DNA of 64,000 nucleotides, from assembly GCA_040954595.2 (NCBI GenBank), contig CM082588.2:9656844-9720843 (forward strand), given 5' to 3'. This document shows, piece by piece, positions 21,747 to 34,858 of this stretch. The notes beneath the pieces were generated by a model. The model made no database searches. It saw nothing but the letters and a program-made list of their open reading frames with translations, and was not told the DNA's origin. Positions within the stretch are counted from its first letter, which is position 1; each line of letters opens with the position of its first letter. The stretch comes from Balanoglossus misakiensis. Taxonomy: Eukaryota; Animalia; Hemichordata. A program made the position numbers and the translations under genes.

Positions 21747-24700
21747 GTAGGTACAGTCAAACCTGTCTATACTGGCCAGTCAAGGGACTTCCAAAACTGA
21801 CATTTATAGACAGGTGGCTTCTATAGACTGGTCAATAAATGTGCAATGTACATGTACATGAAATGAAACAAAGTTGCCACTACATAGAGGTGGCCACAAA
21901 CACATAGTTGACTGTCATATATGTTATGTTGCCATGGCAGTCATTTACCATGAGTTCGATTATACATTGCCAAAACCGGAGGAAAAAAATATTCAAGTTC
22001 CCCTTTTCATATTCTCCATCGATGGTATAATACGCCAGTGTCATGACCACACACAACTTCCACCCTGCTTGTAGCCACGAGAGTGAAAAAAACCTCACCA
22101 ATATGAACAATCGGTCTCTATCATTTATTCATTTTGGGCGAGTTTTTATGCTCATATCATTCAAGCGGGATGGAAATTGTGTATGGTTGAACATTCATTC
22201 ACTACATATACATATGTACATTAATATAAAATGTCTCTTGTATCAAACATAATGGAAAAAAGGGCAGCGAGAGAGAGACTTTGTCCCTTTAATAGAAATG
22301 TGCATCTATTTCAACTATTACTTTTGTCTTGAACAATCTTTCCTTAATAGAGTGGTGTACTGATTAGAGAGATGTCTTATTGACAGGTTTCACTGTATAA
22401 TATCAACATTTTCAGTTCCATAATCCTTCAGTGTTTGCCAGAGAATTTCGACAGCACTCAAAAACTTTCTCTGCCATACTCACAATAAGAGAAAGCTTGC
22501 ACCTGTGTTTTACTGTTAAATTACCATACCACAAAAAACAGTTTGTTTTTGCGAGCAATAAAGTTTTCGCGAAATATGCGAGAACCAACAAACATGAAAA
22601 TAAAAAGTCGCGTAAAATGTTTTTCGTAGATAAAGATGCAATGAAATACGAGAATGTGAAAATTAATCCTCGCGTAACAGTTTGGTCTTTTAATGTCGCG
22701 AAAAATTTCCTTTCATGAAAATAATCCGTTTTACAGTCTGGTAATATTGAAGGTCAGAATGCTTTTGATGAGAGAACAATACACCAGTTGCAAAGTATCT
22801 TGACAAACATGAAATGATTGAATTCTCCGAAGAAGATATAATCTCGCAGTTGGTGTGTTGTTTCCTCATCAAAAGCATTCTGACCTTCAATATTATTCTG
22901 TTGAGCTATACATGCAATCTAGTCTATATATGAACAGAAACATTGTATATTGATCTGCAACTCTCCTCCACATCCCTTGCCAAGTCAAGATAGTATTAAT
23001 TACAGTGGATTTACTGCAAAACAATTGGCTGCCATGTTGGGTGAGGTAAGCAGTGTTTTCTCCAGGACGCGCGATTGCGTGATTCCCCCTCTTTTACACT
23101 TGAATCGCCCCTTGAACTTGTTACAAGGGGCGATTCAATCACCCCTTTCTTGAGCAGCCCACCCAGCCAGTACATGTGCGTCCATGCCTCCATAGCATGC
23201 ACTGTCAGTCAAAACACTGGGAAAATGGCCGATATTACTGCATGCTGGCCTATACATTTTAACTTCCCACCCCCAAAACTATGTTGTAGATGTCTTTCAC
23301 ATTCAATTATGTGTACTTTAGCTCCAGGGCTATAGTGTGCAATTATTGGAACAGCCAAAGAGTTCTATCTGGACACCGTCTAAATTTAGAGCACACATTC
23401 AAGTGAACTTGTTGTTATGGTGACCTTTGAAATTGGGTTGGCAGAACGTAACAATTTTATGCAAATTAAGAGAACTGCGTTCATGCCATGGCGATTATCA
23501 AGAATGTATCATTTTTCCGTGACCTCGTTTTCTTACTTAGGAAGGAAAGTCATTCAATATGTACAGTGACTGTTTACTTTGAGTAGTGTGCCTAGCCACG
23601 TACAGATGGGGAAGTGTACTGCAGAAATCTGAAGGAAAATATACCATTTCAATTTATTCCACTATTAATGGTTTCACAGTCTAATATTTTGGCAGCTAAA
23701 CTGAAACTTTTAAAAGCAAACAAGATAATTTTTTCCCAGGTATGGTATTAAAGAAAGACACTATTGTTTTTGCAGTTGCATTTATTTTATTCATTTCACT
23801 CTCCTTGCCAGGGGAGCAGTTCTTAGTCACTCTCCTACCACTTGTGTAAATAATTTCAGGAAAGTTATTTTCAGCTCTCCAGCATTTTTTAAATTACACG
23901 CCCTGAAAGTTATGCAAGCTGGAGTGTTCCTCTGCAAAACCTACTAATTTATTATTCAAAATGGTCATTACTTGATATTTACCTAAGTAACATAAATTAT
24001 GCAAATCATGATTCCCCCCTATTTTGACCAAATCCCCCCTTAATTTTAGACTAAGGGGGAACATTCCCCCCTTCTCTCAACATCCTGGAGAAAACACTGG
24101 GTCAGCGATGTAAAGGAGTAGCTCTAAGTGAGCGCTGTTTAAGGCGCGGTGGGGACAGTAGGGGTCCATGTGCCCGCCAATCATATGCTGTCTGAAGCCC
24201 GCCGGAGGGAAAGTTTCCCGGGCTTGTCATTGCCACTTTTGCATTCGGCAGAGCAGCAGGCTGGACACGGGACGCTATTCCCTTCCGTAGTGTCAAGCGA
24301 CACTGACAGCGGACTGTACGTTTATTCAAGTGGTACACTTTGACTTTCACGATCCTTGAGACAGCGGAACTGACCCATTCAGAGGTATTGTCACGATTTC
24401 TGAGATTATCGCTAACCTACCTTATCCACAGTTTTGAGACTTGGCTCGAACGCTCCCCCGATTGACACTGCTACTTTTGCCGCGCCGGACTGGCGAGAAA
24501 AAAGGGCAACACTGAAAACGCCTCAAACGCTACCTAGGGGTAGGCCCGTGCCTGATCCTTCGCTCGTTATATCTGGGTCTGTACCTGAATCAGTGCCCGC
24601 GCCGGACTCTGAAGTACAAAACTGGGCCGATCAACATGGGATCTTACTGCCAACTCTGAATGTGTTAGCGGCCAACGGGTTTACTACGATGCAAGTGGTC

Positions 24701-24840
24701 AGATTAATTCATCATGACGATTTATATTTCATGAAGATATCTCCTCTTGCCCAGTTTCGGCAATTGGACGCAGCGCTTATCGAGCTTGCCGGAACCGTGC
24801 GCCCTCGCATACGACGGCCGGACAACAATACACAGACAAC

Positions 24841-25710
24841 ATGGTGGCCCCCAGTACATCAGACTCCCACGAAGCCAGTTCAGCGAGCGCGAAGACCGTC
24901 GACTCCGAACAGGCACAACAGGCAAGTCGAGGAGAAGTTGGACTGGACTCGCTGCTTCAGGCGTTGAATATCAACGCGGGACCACTGAACAATGACCTGA
25001 CCCTGCCCAGGAAGATACCTCAGCGCATGGACTTAGAACCCATGGTGTATTTAAAACCGGCGTCCATGGCAGGTTTGAAATTTTATGACATTGTTGACTA
25101 TGTACCAAGCTCCCTACAGGCTAAGGTCGACCAAAAAGTGCTGGCCTTTGGAGCGGGGGAAAACAAACTGGTGTTTGAATTGGGTCCATCAAAACCCAAA
25201 TTAGGGTCGGTGACCCCTCAGCAATGGTCTGCGGCCAACTCTCGCATTTTGTACGAACTCATTTCAAAGCACAATTACAACCTTACTCAAGTACAAGAGT
25301 ATTCAGCATACACCATTAAAGTGTGTCAACTGGCAGACCGATATGAATGGGTGTCTGTTTTGCATTATGATCGGGAGTTCCGTAAACTACAAGCGGCCTA
25401 TAATTTACCATGGGGAACTGACTCCCAACATTTGTCCACTGTGTATTTGAGGGAAAAAGGGGCAGTGCAAAACAAAGCACGGGGGTCATATCAGGTCAAA
25501 AATGGTAAGTCTACTTCTGTGGCGCCCGTTGATGTCAAGACAGGACAACCCATTTGTATCGGTTGCAATAAAGGGGATTGCAAGTTCGGGGTAAAATGTA
25601 ATTACAGTCATATATGTTTGGATTGCAAAAAGGGCCATTCCAAAATCAACCACCCAAACTTGTCAGGGGGGAACCAAAGAGCGAGAACAAGCCACTTCAA
25701 GGGTAACTGA
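24841..25710 (+). CDS. gag: Ngaro gag-like protein, copy 2
   Basis: Identical translation to 14761-15630. Confidence 0.85.
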   Translation: MVAPSTSDSHEASSASAKTVDSEQAQQASRGEVGLDSLLQALNINAGPLNNDLTLPRKIPQRMDLEPMVYLKPASMAGLKFYDIVDYVPSSLQAKVDQKVLAFGAGENKLVFELGPSKPKLGSVTPQQWSAANSRILYELISKHNYNLTQVQEYSAYTIKVCQLADRYEWVSVLHYDREFRKLQAAYNLPWGTDSQHLSTVYLREKGAVQNKARGSYQVKNGKSTSVAPVDVKTGQPICIGCNKGDCKFGVKCNYSHICLDCKKGHSKINHPNLSGGNQRARTSHFKGN

Positions 25711-25741
25711 CCTGCCCACCCCTCCCCCCTTCCCTTCAGCC

Positions 25742-27022
25742 TTACGTTATGAAGCCTGGGTTACTGAAATTTGCCCCAATGACCCAGACAAAGATTTTAT
25801 TCTTGACGGGATTGAACAGGGTTTTTGCATTGTCGATCCTGGTTCTAATATCCGCCCTGCTGAGACAAATAATTACAAATCTGCAACGGACCCCTCATTT
25901 CGTGTTGCAGTGGAGGAACAAATTTTGGTTGAGTTGAGTGAAGGTCGTTATGAGGTCACATCTGACAAACCAACTATTGTAAGCGCACTGGGGACCATTC
26001 CCAAACAAAACTCACCAGATGTTAGACTGATTCATGATTGCAGTCAACCGCCCAATTTTGCAGTCAAAGACTATGCAACTAATCCTTCGTTTTCCTTCCA
26101 AACCTTTGGGGAGGCCACCAAATTAATTAAGCCAGGGTCCTTTTTAGCTAAGGTGGATTTGAAGTCTGCATACAGGTCTGTCCGTATCCATCCATCTAAT
26201 TATAGTGCTACTGGGTTGAAATGGACCTTTTCTAACATGCAAGAGGCTACTTATATGTTCGACACGAGGATCCCATTTGGAGCCAAAAAGGCCCCCATCA
26301 TTTTTCACCGTCTCACCCAAGCTGTGCGTAGGATGATGCATCGCAAGGGTTATGTTTGTTTAGTGGTCTACCTTGATGATTTCCTCATTGTTGCAGATAC
26401 TTACCAGGAGTGCCAAATTGCCCTGAACACCCTTATTTCATTGCTTCGTAAGTTAGGGTTTGCTATTGCTTGGGGTAAGGTTGAGAGACCCACTCAACGG
26501 TTAGTATTTTTAGGTATTGAAATTGATACCCGCGCTTTTACTGTTGCCTTGCCGCTGCCAAAGCTTCATGAGCTTTATTCATTGCTGCTTATTTTTCGCA
26601 CAAAAACACGTGCATCCCGCCGCCAGCTGCAATTCCTTGCTGGGAAATTAAACTGGGCTTGCCAGGTCATTGTCGGAGGTAGGACTTTCCTCCGTCGCAT
26701 CCTGGATTGCATTAATAATCTCCGCCAACCTTCTCATAAAGTTATCCTTGGTAGGGAATTTAAGGCCGATCTTGATTGGTGGATTCGCTTTTTACCACAT
26801 TTTAATGGCACTTACAAGATTCTGAATACAGACCCTATAACTGATGTGCATACAGATGCTAGCAACACCGCTGCCGGTGCTTATTTTAGGGGGGATTGGG
26901 TGTACACCAGGTGGGCTGACTGGCCATCTACTTCACACTTCATATTAATTACAAAGAGGTGCTGGCTGTTGCAGTGGCAGCACAAAGATGGGCACCTGTG
27001 TGGGCAAATCATAGAGTTGTAA
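25742..27022 (+). CDS. Ngaro reverse transcriptase and partial RNase H, copy 2
   Basis: Identical to copy 1 (YLDD) with the same frameshift. Confidence 0.93.
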   Translation, partial: LRYEAWVTEICPNDPDKDFILDGIEQGFCIVDPGSNIRPAETNNYKSATDPSFRVAVEEQILVELSEGRYEVTSDKPTIVSALGTIPKQNSPDVRLIHDCSQPPNFAVKDYATNPSFSFQTFGEATKLIKPGSFLAKVDLKSAYRSVRIHPSNYSATGLKWTFSNMQEATYMFDTRIPFGAKKAPIIFHRLTQAVRRMMHRKGYVCLVVYLDDFLIVADTYQECQIALNTLISLLRKLGFAIAWGKVERPTQRLVFLGIEIDTRAFTVALPLPKLHELYSLLLIFRTKTRASRRQLQFLAGKLNWACQVIVGGRTFLRRILDCINNLRQPSHKVILGREFKADLDWWIRFLPHFNGTYKILNTDPITDVHTDASNTAAGAYFRGDWVYTRWADWPSTSHFILITKRCWLLQWQHKDGHLCGQIIEL

Positions 27023-27459
27023 TTCACACGGACAGTATGTCTGCTATGGGTATGCTTAATAAGGGGACATGTCGCCATCCATTCATGATGTCTGTGCTTC
27101 GTTCTCTATTTTGGCTCTCAGCTTCTTACAACTTCAGCATTCAAGCAGTTTATGTTCCTGGTAAACTCAATCACATTCCTGATGCCATTTCCAGGTTGCA
27201 TCAACCAGGTCAGTTCATGAGGTTGCATACACTGCTCCACCCTTATGGAGAGCTCCACCCCACCTTCACCTTAGCTAGCTTCCCACTTCACATGCCTTAT
27301 ACTGCTGCTACCTTTCTTACTCGTCAGATCCAGAGATCAAACAGCTGGAGGAACATCTGGATAGGGAAGTGGCCACATATAGAGGAAGTGCCTTTGCAGA
27401 AAATACACAGCGCACATACTCTGTCCACTGGAAGTCATACATCTCCTTTTGTGTTATGA
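26941..27459 (+). CDS. Ngaro RNase H C-terminal half, copy 2
   Basis: Identical translation to copy 1. Confidence 0.88.
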   Translation, partial: HINYKEVLAVAVAAQRWAPVWANHRVVIHTDSMSAMGMLNKGTCRHPFMMSVLRSLFWLSASYNFSIQAVYVPGKLNHIPDAISRLHQPGQFMRLHTLLHPYGELHPTFTLASFPLHMPYTAATFLTRQIQRSNSWRNIWIGKWPHIEEVPLQKIHSAHTLSTGSHTSPFVL

Positions 27460-28334
27460 TGGGTTACCCACCTTTGCCAGCCAGTAGTGACCTGGTTTGT
27501 CGTTACACAGCCTACTTAGCTCGCCGTCTAAAGTTCAACTCAGTGAAGCAGTATTTAAATATTATTCGTATTTTGCACTTAGAGCATGGCTTCGCCAATC
27601 CACTCCAAGACAATTGGCTGCTGACTATGCTGTTAAAGGGCATAGCCAAAGTTAAGGGAACTACAGTTGCCAGGAAGCTGCCTCTCGCCCCCACATTGTT
27701 ATTGGGCATTCACAGTCAGTTATGTTTTTCATCAGCCTTTGATTCTGTCTTTTGGGCAGCCTGCCTTGTGGGTTTCTTTGGGTTGCTGCGCAAATCCAAT
27801 TTCTTAGTTCCTTCAGGCCCTAAGTTTGACCCAGACAAACATCTAACTAGGGCTTCCTTCCAGGTGCATGCATGGGGTCTCACCATCATTATTCAATGGA
27901 CCAAAACGCTACAAACTCGGGATCGGGTTCTTCAAGTTCCTCTCCCATGGATTTGCAATCACCCATTATGCCCTGTTTCTGCAGTCCTTAGGGCATTTCA
28001 GCATTCTAAGGGGGCACCCCCTACAGGCCCAGCCTTTGTCATCCCTGCAGGTAATGGTAGCTTCCGCCCGCTCACTGTCCCACAGTTCACCTCAAAGCTC
28101 CGCACCCATCTTAGTCGCCTAGGGGTGCAGGTCAGTGAATATTCTTCACACAGTCTCCGTCGGGGAGGGGCATCCTGGGCAATACAGTGTGGGGTTCCCA
28201 GTGATATAATTAAGCTGATGGGGGATTGGAGGAGTGACGCATACCTTCGTTACTTGGTCCTCCCCCTCCCTTTCAAAGTTAACTCTGTTAAGCTTTGTGC
28301 CAAACAGCTTCCTTTTTCTACTTCTACATTGTAA
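27330..28334 (+). CDS. Ngaro tyrosine recombinase, copy 2
   Basis: Identical translation to copy 1, catalytic residues intact. Confidence 0.95.
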   Translation, partial: PEIKQLEEHLDREVATYRGSAFAENTQRTYSVHWKSYISFCVMMGYPPLPASSDLVCRYTAYLARRLKFNSVKQYLNIIRILHLEHGFANPLQDNWLLTMLLKGIAKVKGTTVARKLPLAPTLLLGIHSQLCFSSAFDSVFWAACLVGFFGLLRKSNFLVPSGPKFDPDKHLTRASFQVHAWGLTIIIQWTKTLQTRDRVLQVPLPWICNHPLCPVSAVLRAFQHSKGAPPTGPAFVIPAGNGSFRPLTVPQFTSKLRTHLSRLGVQVSEYSSHSLRRGGASWAIQCGVPSDIIKLMGDWRSDAYLRYLVLPLPFKVNSVKLCAKQLPFSTSTL

Positions 28335-29396
28335 GCAAGTTTTCTATGACTACCACTACTATATTGGGTTTTTGGGAGAATTTTGTAGTAAACACAGACA
28401 GACTTCAACTGTCCATTAGTATGTGTTTTTGTCAGTATTAAAGTTTCCCCCAAAGTTGTGCCCAATTTGTGTGTCCCAGTGTGGTTTGTGTGTGAGAGCC
28501 AGTGTGCCTTAAGGAGTAGCTCTAAGTGAGCGCTGATTAAGGCGCGGTGGGGACAGTAGGGGTCCGTGTGCCAGCCAAACATATGCTGTCTCAAGACCGC
28601 CGGAGGGAAAGTTTCCCGGGCTTGTCATTGCCACTTTTGCATTCGGCAGAGCAGCAGGCTGGACATGGGACGCTATTGACCCACCCTCCCACCACACATT
28701 CCAGGGAATTTCTGCCTGTCTTTGTTGCTTTATATTATTTATATTTATTGTATTTATTAAAAGCATTGTTTGTATGCTTTGCATTGTTTTCATAGTTCTT
28801 TTGATAGTGTAGTTTTCAGGGGGAGAATTTTGTAGTAAACACAGACAGACTTCAACTGTTCATTAGTATGTGTTTTTGTCAGTATTAAAGTTTTCCCCAA
28901 AGTTGTGCCCAATTTGTGTGTCCCAGTGTGGTTTGTGTGTGAGAGCCAGTGTGCCTTAAACATTTCATACAACACTGCCTACTAACAATAGTCATATCAA
29001 TCTGACAAGGGAAGATGAAAAAACACATCTTTTCAAACTAGCTTACTGTGCGGACCAATTTCATTAAGCCCCATTGAACAGCTATATTTTCTTGAATTCT
29101 GGTTTTATAATTAATTTTGATTGATTGACATGTGTTTTACATCTAAATGCATCGCTTTGGGAACATTTTCTCGTATGTATGAGATTATTAAATTGAACTT
29201 GTATATTTGCTGAGGGCAACTAAATGTTCAGTAAAGATGAGGAATGCTCAATGTTTGGATTGTCTTCAAAAAGATGACAACAACTCAAGTCTCAAAAACT
29301 CTTTGTTTTGAATTTTGAATTGTTTTTGTTGCATCAGTAACGACTTCACATGTGGATGCCACATTTTGATTCTTAGCAAATGTTGTATTTTGACAG

Positions 29397-32300
29397 AGAG
29401 GAGTCCATTCCTCAATCATATCACCCCGCAAACTGCCTGAACTCCAAAAACTTAGCGACAAAGCGTGAAGTACAGATGGTACCTATGAAGGATTATGCGG
29501 CTGATCCACACCACATGATACTTCTCAAAGGTTATCAACTTGCTGGTAGGTATCTGTTGCTATGCAAATATTTGCAATCATACCATCCAGATTCTAAAGT
29601 TCACAGGTCAAATATATAACTTGTTTACGTGGCCATTTACAACCAATTCATCATTTTGTGGTTTGTTAAGATTTTTATTACTCTAAATTGGTACTTCCAT
29701 AAAATGGTTGTAATATTTATTACACATCACGTATTGTTATGCGCTCCTGGTTGGCTAATACTAAATATGACAGAACTTCATGACCTCTGCACACGATCTG
29801 AGGCTTAAGGAAGTTATTTTCGCGAGTGATGCAGTGTCTTCTGTTGCAGTACTTTCACAAGCCAAGCATTTTATTCCCCATCATTTCAATGCCTGGCCAA
29901 TGAATTACACATCCTCCTGAAAATTGCTGGTAGGTGAGAAATCAGTTTCCATGGTTGCATCCTGGATGAAACACTGGTACAGGTTCAAGACAAGTTTAGT
30001 GACATTGTGTAAATCCACAGAAGAATTTCACATCAACTGTATAATCTTCTATTTTTCTCATGATTGTGTTTCAGAAAAATCTGTGTCAAGTGGTGATACA
30101 TAAGAGGTTGCCATCGTGAAACCTAAAACCATAGCAACCACTTCAGTGTCTACAACCACTACCACAACACAGCCACTGAAACCCGCATCAACAGTTACCA
30201 TGTTTACAGCATCTACCTCCAGTATGACCTCAAATCCTCTCAAATCAACTGTTGGAAGTTCAACTCCAGGTAAAGTCTCCAGTGTTGCTTACGAGCCATT
30301 TGTCATAATTAGACCACCAAGTGAAGTGTGAGATATAGTAGAATATTGCCATGTTGATCTTCACTACAATATTAGTTAAAGTTATACAGTGGAACACCGA
30401 TTATCCGAACCTGTTGGGCGGGTTAGATTTTGTTCGGATAATTGATTGTTCGGATAATCGATTTTGGCACGTCCGAACAAAGGAAATTGACCACACCATT
30501 GGGGCATGCATATGTTACTATGTGTCCCACATGCACATGCATTTTCCATGCACTCACAAAAAGAAGTTAATATAAATAATAAAACACAATTCGTCTTCTT
30601 TTATATAAAAAATACATATATTAAGAGTTCAAAAGGTTAAGAAAGAAAAAAAGACGAAGTCAAAGCTGCAATGTTCTGATTCGTTCAACATCGTATGTAG
30701 CCGGTCATCGTACCAAACCATGAACGTGCGTAGGCCTTCCATGGCCACGGTAGATTTCGCTAGAGCTGGTGTCTCGTTCTCTTTATCGTCCTAATTTTTC
30801 ATGCCATGAGTTTATTTCTGAGAAACAAAGTCGATGATTTCATCATACGTTAATGTTTCGAAGCTGTCATAGTTCTCGCTAGTCTCCAAATCGTCGATGT
30901 CAGTGACATTCAAACCAAGCAAAAGAAGCTCTCCGCACGAGGTCACTTCCGCAAGTGACGTCTTGGCTGTCATTCATATCGGCGCTGCCATGGTCACCGA
31001 CCGCGACCCGACACGCCTTCACTGTGTCGCGGAATGAAGTCCATGCGTTTGAAAAGCCGTGTCTTTGATGTTGACACCTCGGACGATCTCCGCCGTCTGC
31101 TCGCACGAGTCGAAGACGGGCGATCTCATCCAACCCATGGCTTTCATTTGTATTATCAACGACAGTGCTAAGCTTATTTCGGCGATAAATCTACTTCACA
31201 CTATCAAAAAATTGACCAAAGCCGTGCCGACGCGACAAGTGACTTTTCGTGTTTTACACTTGAGTGTGAAATCCTAGTGTCGAATGTTACGATACCCGAA
31301 AGTGTGACACTCTGTTGTCGTAAAATGATTGAAATATTCAATGATAAAGACATTTTTAACACGTCCCACCGCCCTTTACAACAGAAACAAAGACCAAAGA
31401 AATCTGTCCGAAATGACAGTTTTCCTGCGGAAATATCACAGACCGCCGAGAAAACAGGTGCTTGGCATGGCTAATTAAATGTTCAGGGACCGTACCCGGG
31501 ACCGTACCAAAGCGTTCGGATAATCCGAAATTCGGATAATTGGTGTCCGGATAATCGGTGTTCCACTGTATAGCACTCTGTGATCAACGAGTTGAAAATA
31601 CAGCATGAGCTGTAGTCCCCTTCATCAGCTGTACACGTAGAATGAACAGAGAAACAGAGAATCATGGGGTATTCAAAGTAGGAAATATGTGCAGGACCAG
31701 GTGCATCGATCAGAAAAATTTCCTACAGTGGATTTTCTATCTGAGGATGGTGACTTCATGACCGCGATATTGTGCCCTTGAGCGAGGCACTTTACTTCTC
31801 ATTGCTCTTGGGAGACTGGCTTTGTAGAGGTGATTTGCACCTGTTCTAGTCTTTCTACTAGACATATTTTCTGTGTTTGCGATTGATGAATTACTGTCTA
31901 ATGGGAAATTTTTGTAAACTTCGCGAGAACCAACGAATGCGAATTAAAAAGTCATATAAAAATGTTTGTCAGGGATATTGGTGCAGTTAGTGAAATATAA
32001 GAATGCGAAATTTAATTGTAGCATAACAGCTGTCTCTATTGATATTGCGAAAATTTCTTGTCACAGAAATTTCCCGTTTTACAGTTCATAAATAAATCAA
32101 CTAGATCTTTTTACTGCAGATGCCACACCAACTAATCATCTGTTACCTGGTCGACCAAGTCAAATTGGAAGTCAGTCTCCACAACAACTGTCGTCCTCTC
32201 AACAGAAACTGATTCAACCAAGTCAGCCCCAGATGCAGGGCCAAGGTCAAAGGTCATCAATGCCTTTTGCCCAGCCTACCAGTTTACCAAACCAACCAGT

Positions 32301-33821
32301 ATCCACTGTCACAGCAAACAGGACTCAACAACCCAATGTGACTGTTTTAAGTATCCCCATGAGACAATTTTGTCCACCCAGGTACAGTTGTGGTCTACCT
32401 TCTACTTTTTGAGATTCAAATTAGCTGTTTCTAGTTACCCATCCTGTGAATTGAAAGCTTTTTATGACTGTATCGCATAGCCTTGTCTTACCACTGTCTA
32501 CACAGTAGACTATTTATTTTCAAAACACATTCAAAACTTCTGTTTTGGTTGCAAAAAAGCCACTCTGTAAATGGAAAGACTCTTTGGATAATGCCACAGA
32601 CTCATTAATCAAATTCAATTTTTAATGTGATTAATGTTGATAAGCCCTAAAACCTGATCCCTTCCAAATGTGAGTATGTGTGTTGAAAATAGGACTTTGA
32701 GAGTTGTAAGCTCAACATCGATTCAAAAATTGAAGTCATGAATTAAAAAATGTGGTTTTGAATACTGGCCTTGATAATGCTTCATATTAACTAGGTTTGT
32801 TACTCTTTTTGGACAGGCAACTTCACCACTAAAGATGACTTCCCAGCATGTGCCAGCTGCTGCACTGAAAGCCACAGAGGGTGTCATGCAAATGGCAAAT
32901 GCTAGTCAGTTCAGTAAGACGCCACAAATTGCTGCTGTGAATTCTATCAACTCACAGCCACAGCAGAGATGGCCAGGTACAGATTCAAAGCCACAACGAG
33001 GTAGGTACAGTCAAACCTGTCTACAGTGGCCAGTCAAGGGACTTTCCTAAAGTGGCTTTTATAGACAGGTGGCTTCTATAGATAGGTCAGTTAATGTGCA
33101 ATGTACATGTACATGAAATGAAACAAAGTTGCCACTATAATAGAGGTGGCCACAAACACAGATTTGACTGTCATATATGTTATGTTGCCATGGCAGTCAT
33201 TTACCATTAGTTTGAATATACTTTGCCAAAACCTGAGGAAAAAATATTCAAGTTCCCCTTTTCGTATTCCCCTATCAATGGTATAATACAACAGTGTCAT
33301 GGTAAAATTTTGTGACATTTTTGCTAACTGCTAAAGCCCAAGTAACATTGTTTTTTTCAGTATTTTTCAGCGAAGGAATTAACCCTAGTTTCTTGTTCTG
33401 CTATGGATAGCTTTATGAAATGTTCAGTCTTTAGCTTCTATACAAAACTTGTACATGAGTAATGGCCATTGTGAATATTAAATGAACTCAGACGAGAATT
33501 CATTTTTCAACAATAACAATGCTGATCAATATATAAAACGCCTTTGTTTGAAAACCAAACTCTGAATAAATTCTTAATGTTTTACAGAGTAGAATAAAGT
33601 ATTACAGCTGATATCCAAAGTTAAGGTTGAAGTTATTGACGTTTTAATACTACTGTGTTTACTTATCAGCAGGTATGCAGTCAACGATGCGAACAGGAGT
33701 GCAGTCAACACAACCAACAGTACCTAATGTGAGCGACAGCAAAAATCCACCTGTCACCACTGGCACCAATGTTGTTCCAACTCTGACACAGCCACAAGTA
33801 CATGTACAAAACCAGTCATTG
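29397..33821 (+). pseudogene. MED25: Third, more diverged copy of MED25-like exons (29397-29545, 30075-30269, 32120-32381, 32817-33000) plus a single-copy next exon 33673-33821
   Basis: Same splice sites and lesions as the other copies. The extra exon GMQSTMRTGVQSTQPTVPNV...QSL has a CAGCAG acceptor, a GTATGT donor and compatible phase. Confidence 0.75.
30387..31568 (-). mobile_element. Tc1/mariner (pogo/Tigger-like) internally deleted element
   Basis: TIR CAGTGGAACACCGATTATCCG and TA TSD. Empty site GTTATATAGCAC at about 10244 and 20324. Minus-strand remnant FETLTYDEIIDFV...AMEGLRTFMVW resembles a pogo transposase C-terminus. Confidence 0.88.
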
Positions 33822-34214
33822 GTATGTTATGTTATGAGCTGAGTTATAATACCCACCTATCCCTTTTGCCTGGCAAGTGACAGTTTATCACTTTTCAGTA
33901 TTTCAATGGAACTGTATTTGGATAATTTGTTACCTAACATGACATCAGAAGATGGCAGCTTGATGTCTTAACTGAGGACATTGGATGACCAGTAGATAAA
34001 GATTTTCTTTGATATCAATGACATCAGACGCAGTTCCGTTGGCATTCAAATTTCCAGCTGACGGGGAATTTCAGCAACGTGGTGCAAATGACGACTGTGC
34101 AGATGAATACCAAGATGCTGTTGAGGCACCATGCCTGATACATATTACCTGTCTGGTGGTTCTAAAGTATAAACACATCCGGAAAAAAATATTTTACGGG
34201 ATACCAATTGAGAC

Positions 34215-34858
34215 TAATAGAATCTCACATTCCCAAGGACCTGTGATCATATTCACATGAGTTGGGGATTTTTGTCCCACACGAGCCGCAGGCGAGTGTG
34301 GGACAAAAAATCCCAAACGAGTGTGAGAAATACGATCCCAGGTCCTTGGTGTGTGAGATTCTTTTTCTCACACGACCAGAAATTTGCAATATTAACGTTT
34401 ATTTACAATAAAAGGACTAAATCTATAAAATACCAACTGATAACTGCATGACCAGTCATATATTGATCCGCCCCTCAAAATATAGTCCCCATTTCATCAC
34501 GAGTTTACAGTACACACATGCTATAAAAATGTGCTCAACACATTTAAATATGGAGATTGTTTCCAGTGGTATAAATTCAAGCGATATCTAGAAAATACAA
34601 CCGTGTTTTTTAGTCTGTCGCCAACCACGTACACCACTGTCGTCTGCACATGACCTGATCACATTGTAGTTCAGGTTTGTGTACAACACATCACACAATT
34701 GGATAATATTTGTTCGTTCTGAGGGGTATGAATATCATTATCCAATCAGAGCTCGTGTCAGATAACAGTTGTCTGTGTGCGCATTAACACAGAGTGTGGG
34801 ATCAATTTGATCCCACACTCTCTATCCCACACTCCCAGCGGCCAGGAGTGTGAGAAAA
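34215..34858 (+). mobile_element. Palindromic repeat family copy at the MED25/EGF segment boundary
   Basis: Same ends as 2011-2467 with a different middle. Confidence 0.6.

Larger units (their letters stand above)
24113..28959 (+). mobile_element. Ngaro-type YR retrotransposon, copy 2 (product of the tandem duplication)
   Basis: Essentially identical to copy 1, including flanks. Repeats A1 24113-24279, B1 28374-28510, A2 28511-28677, B2 28821-28957. Confidence 0.95.
9390..29620. repeat. Recent tandem duplication with period 10,080 bp (about 9.4-19.5 kb repeated at about 19.5-29.6 kb)
   Basis: All ORFs recur at +10,080. Only a few substitutions seen by eye, e.g. near 11609/21689, 13852/23932 and 17390/27470. 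Confidence 0.97.

Noticed and set aside
24113-28959. Second Ngaro copy as an independent transposition
   Set aside because: Kilobases of flank, the insertion point and the frameshifts are identical; it lies within the 10,080-bp duplication.
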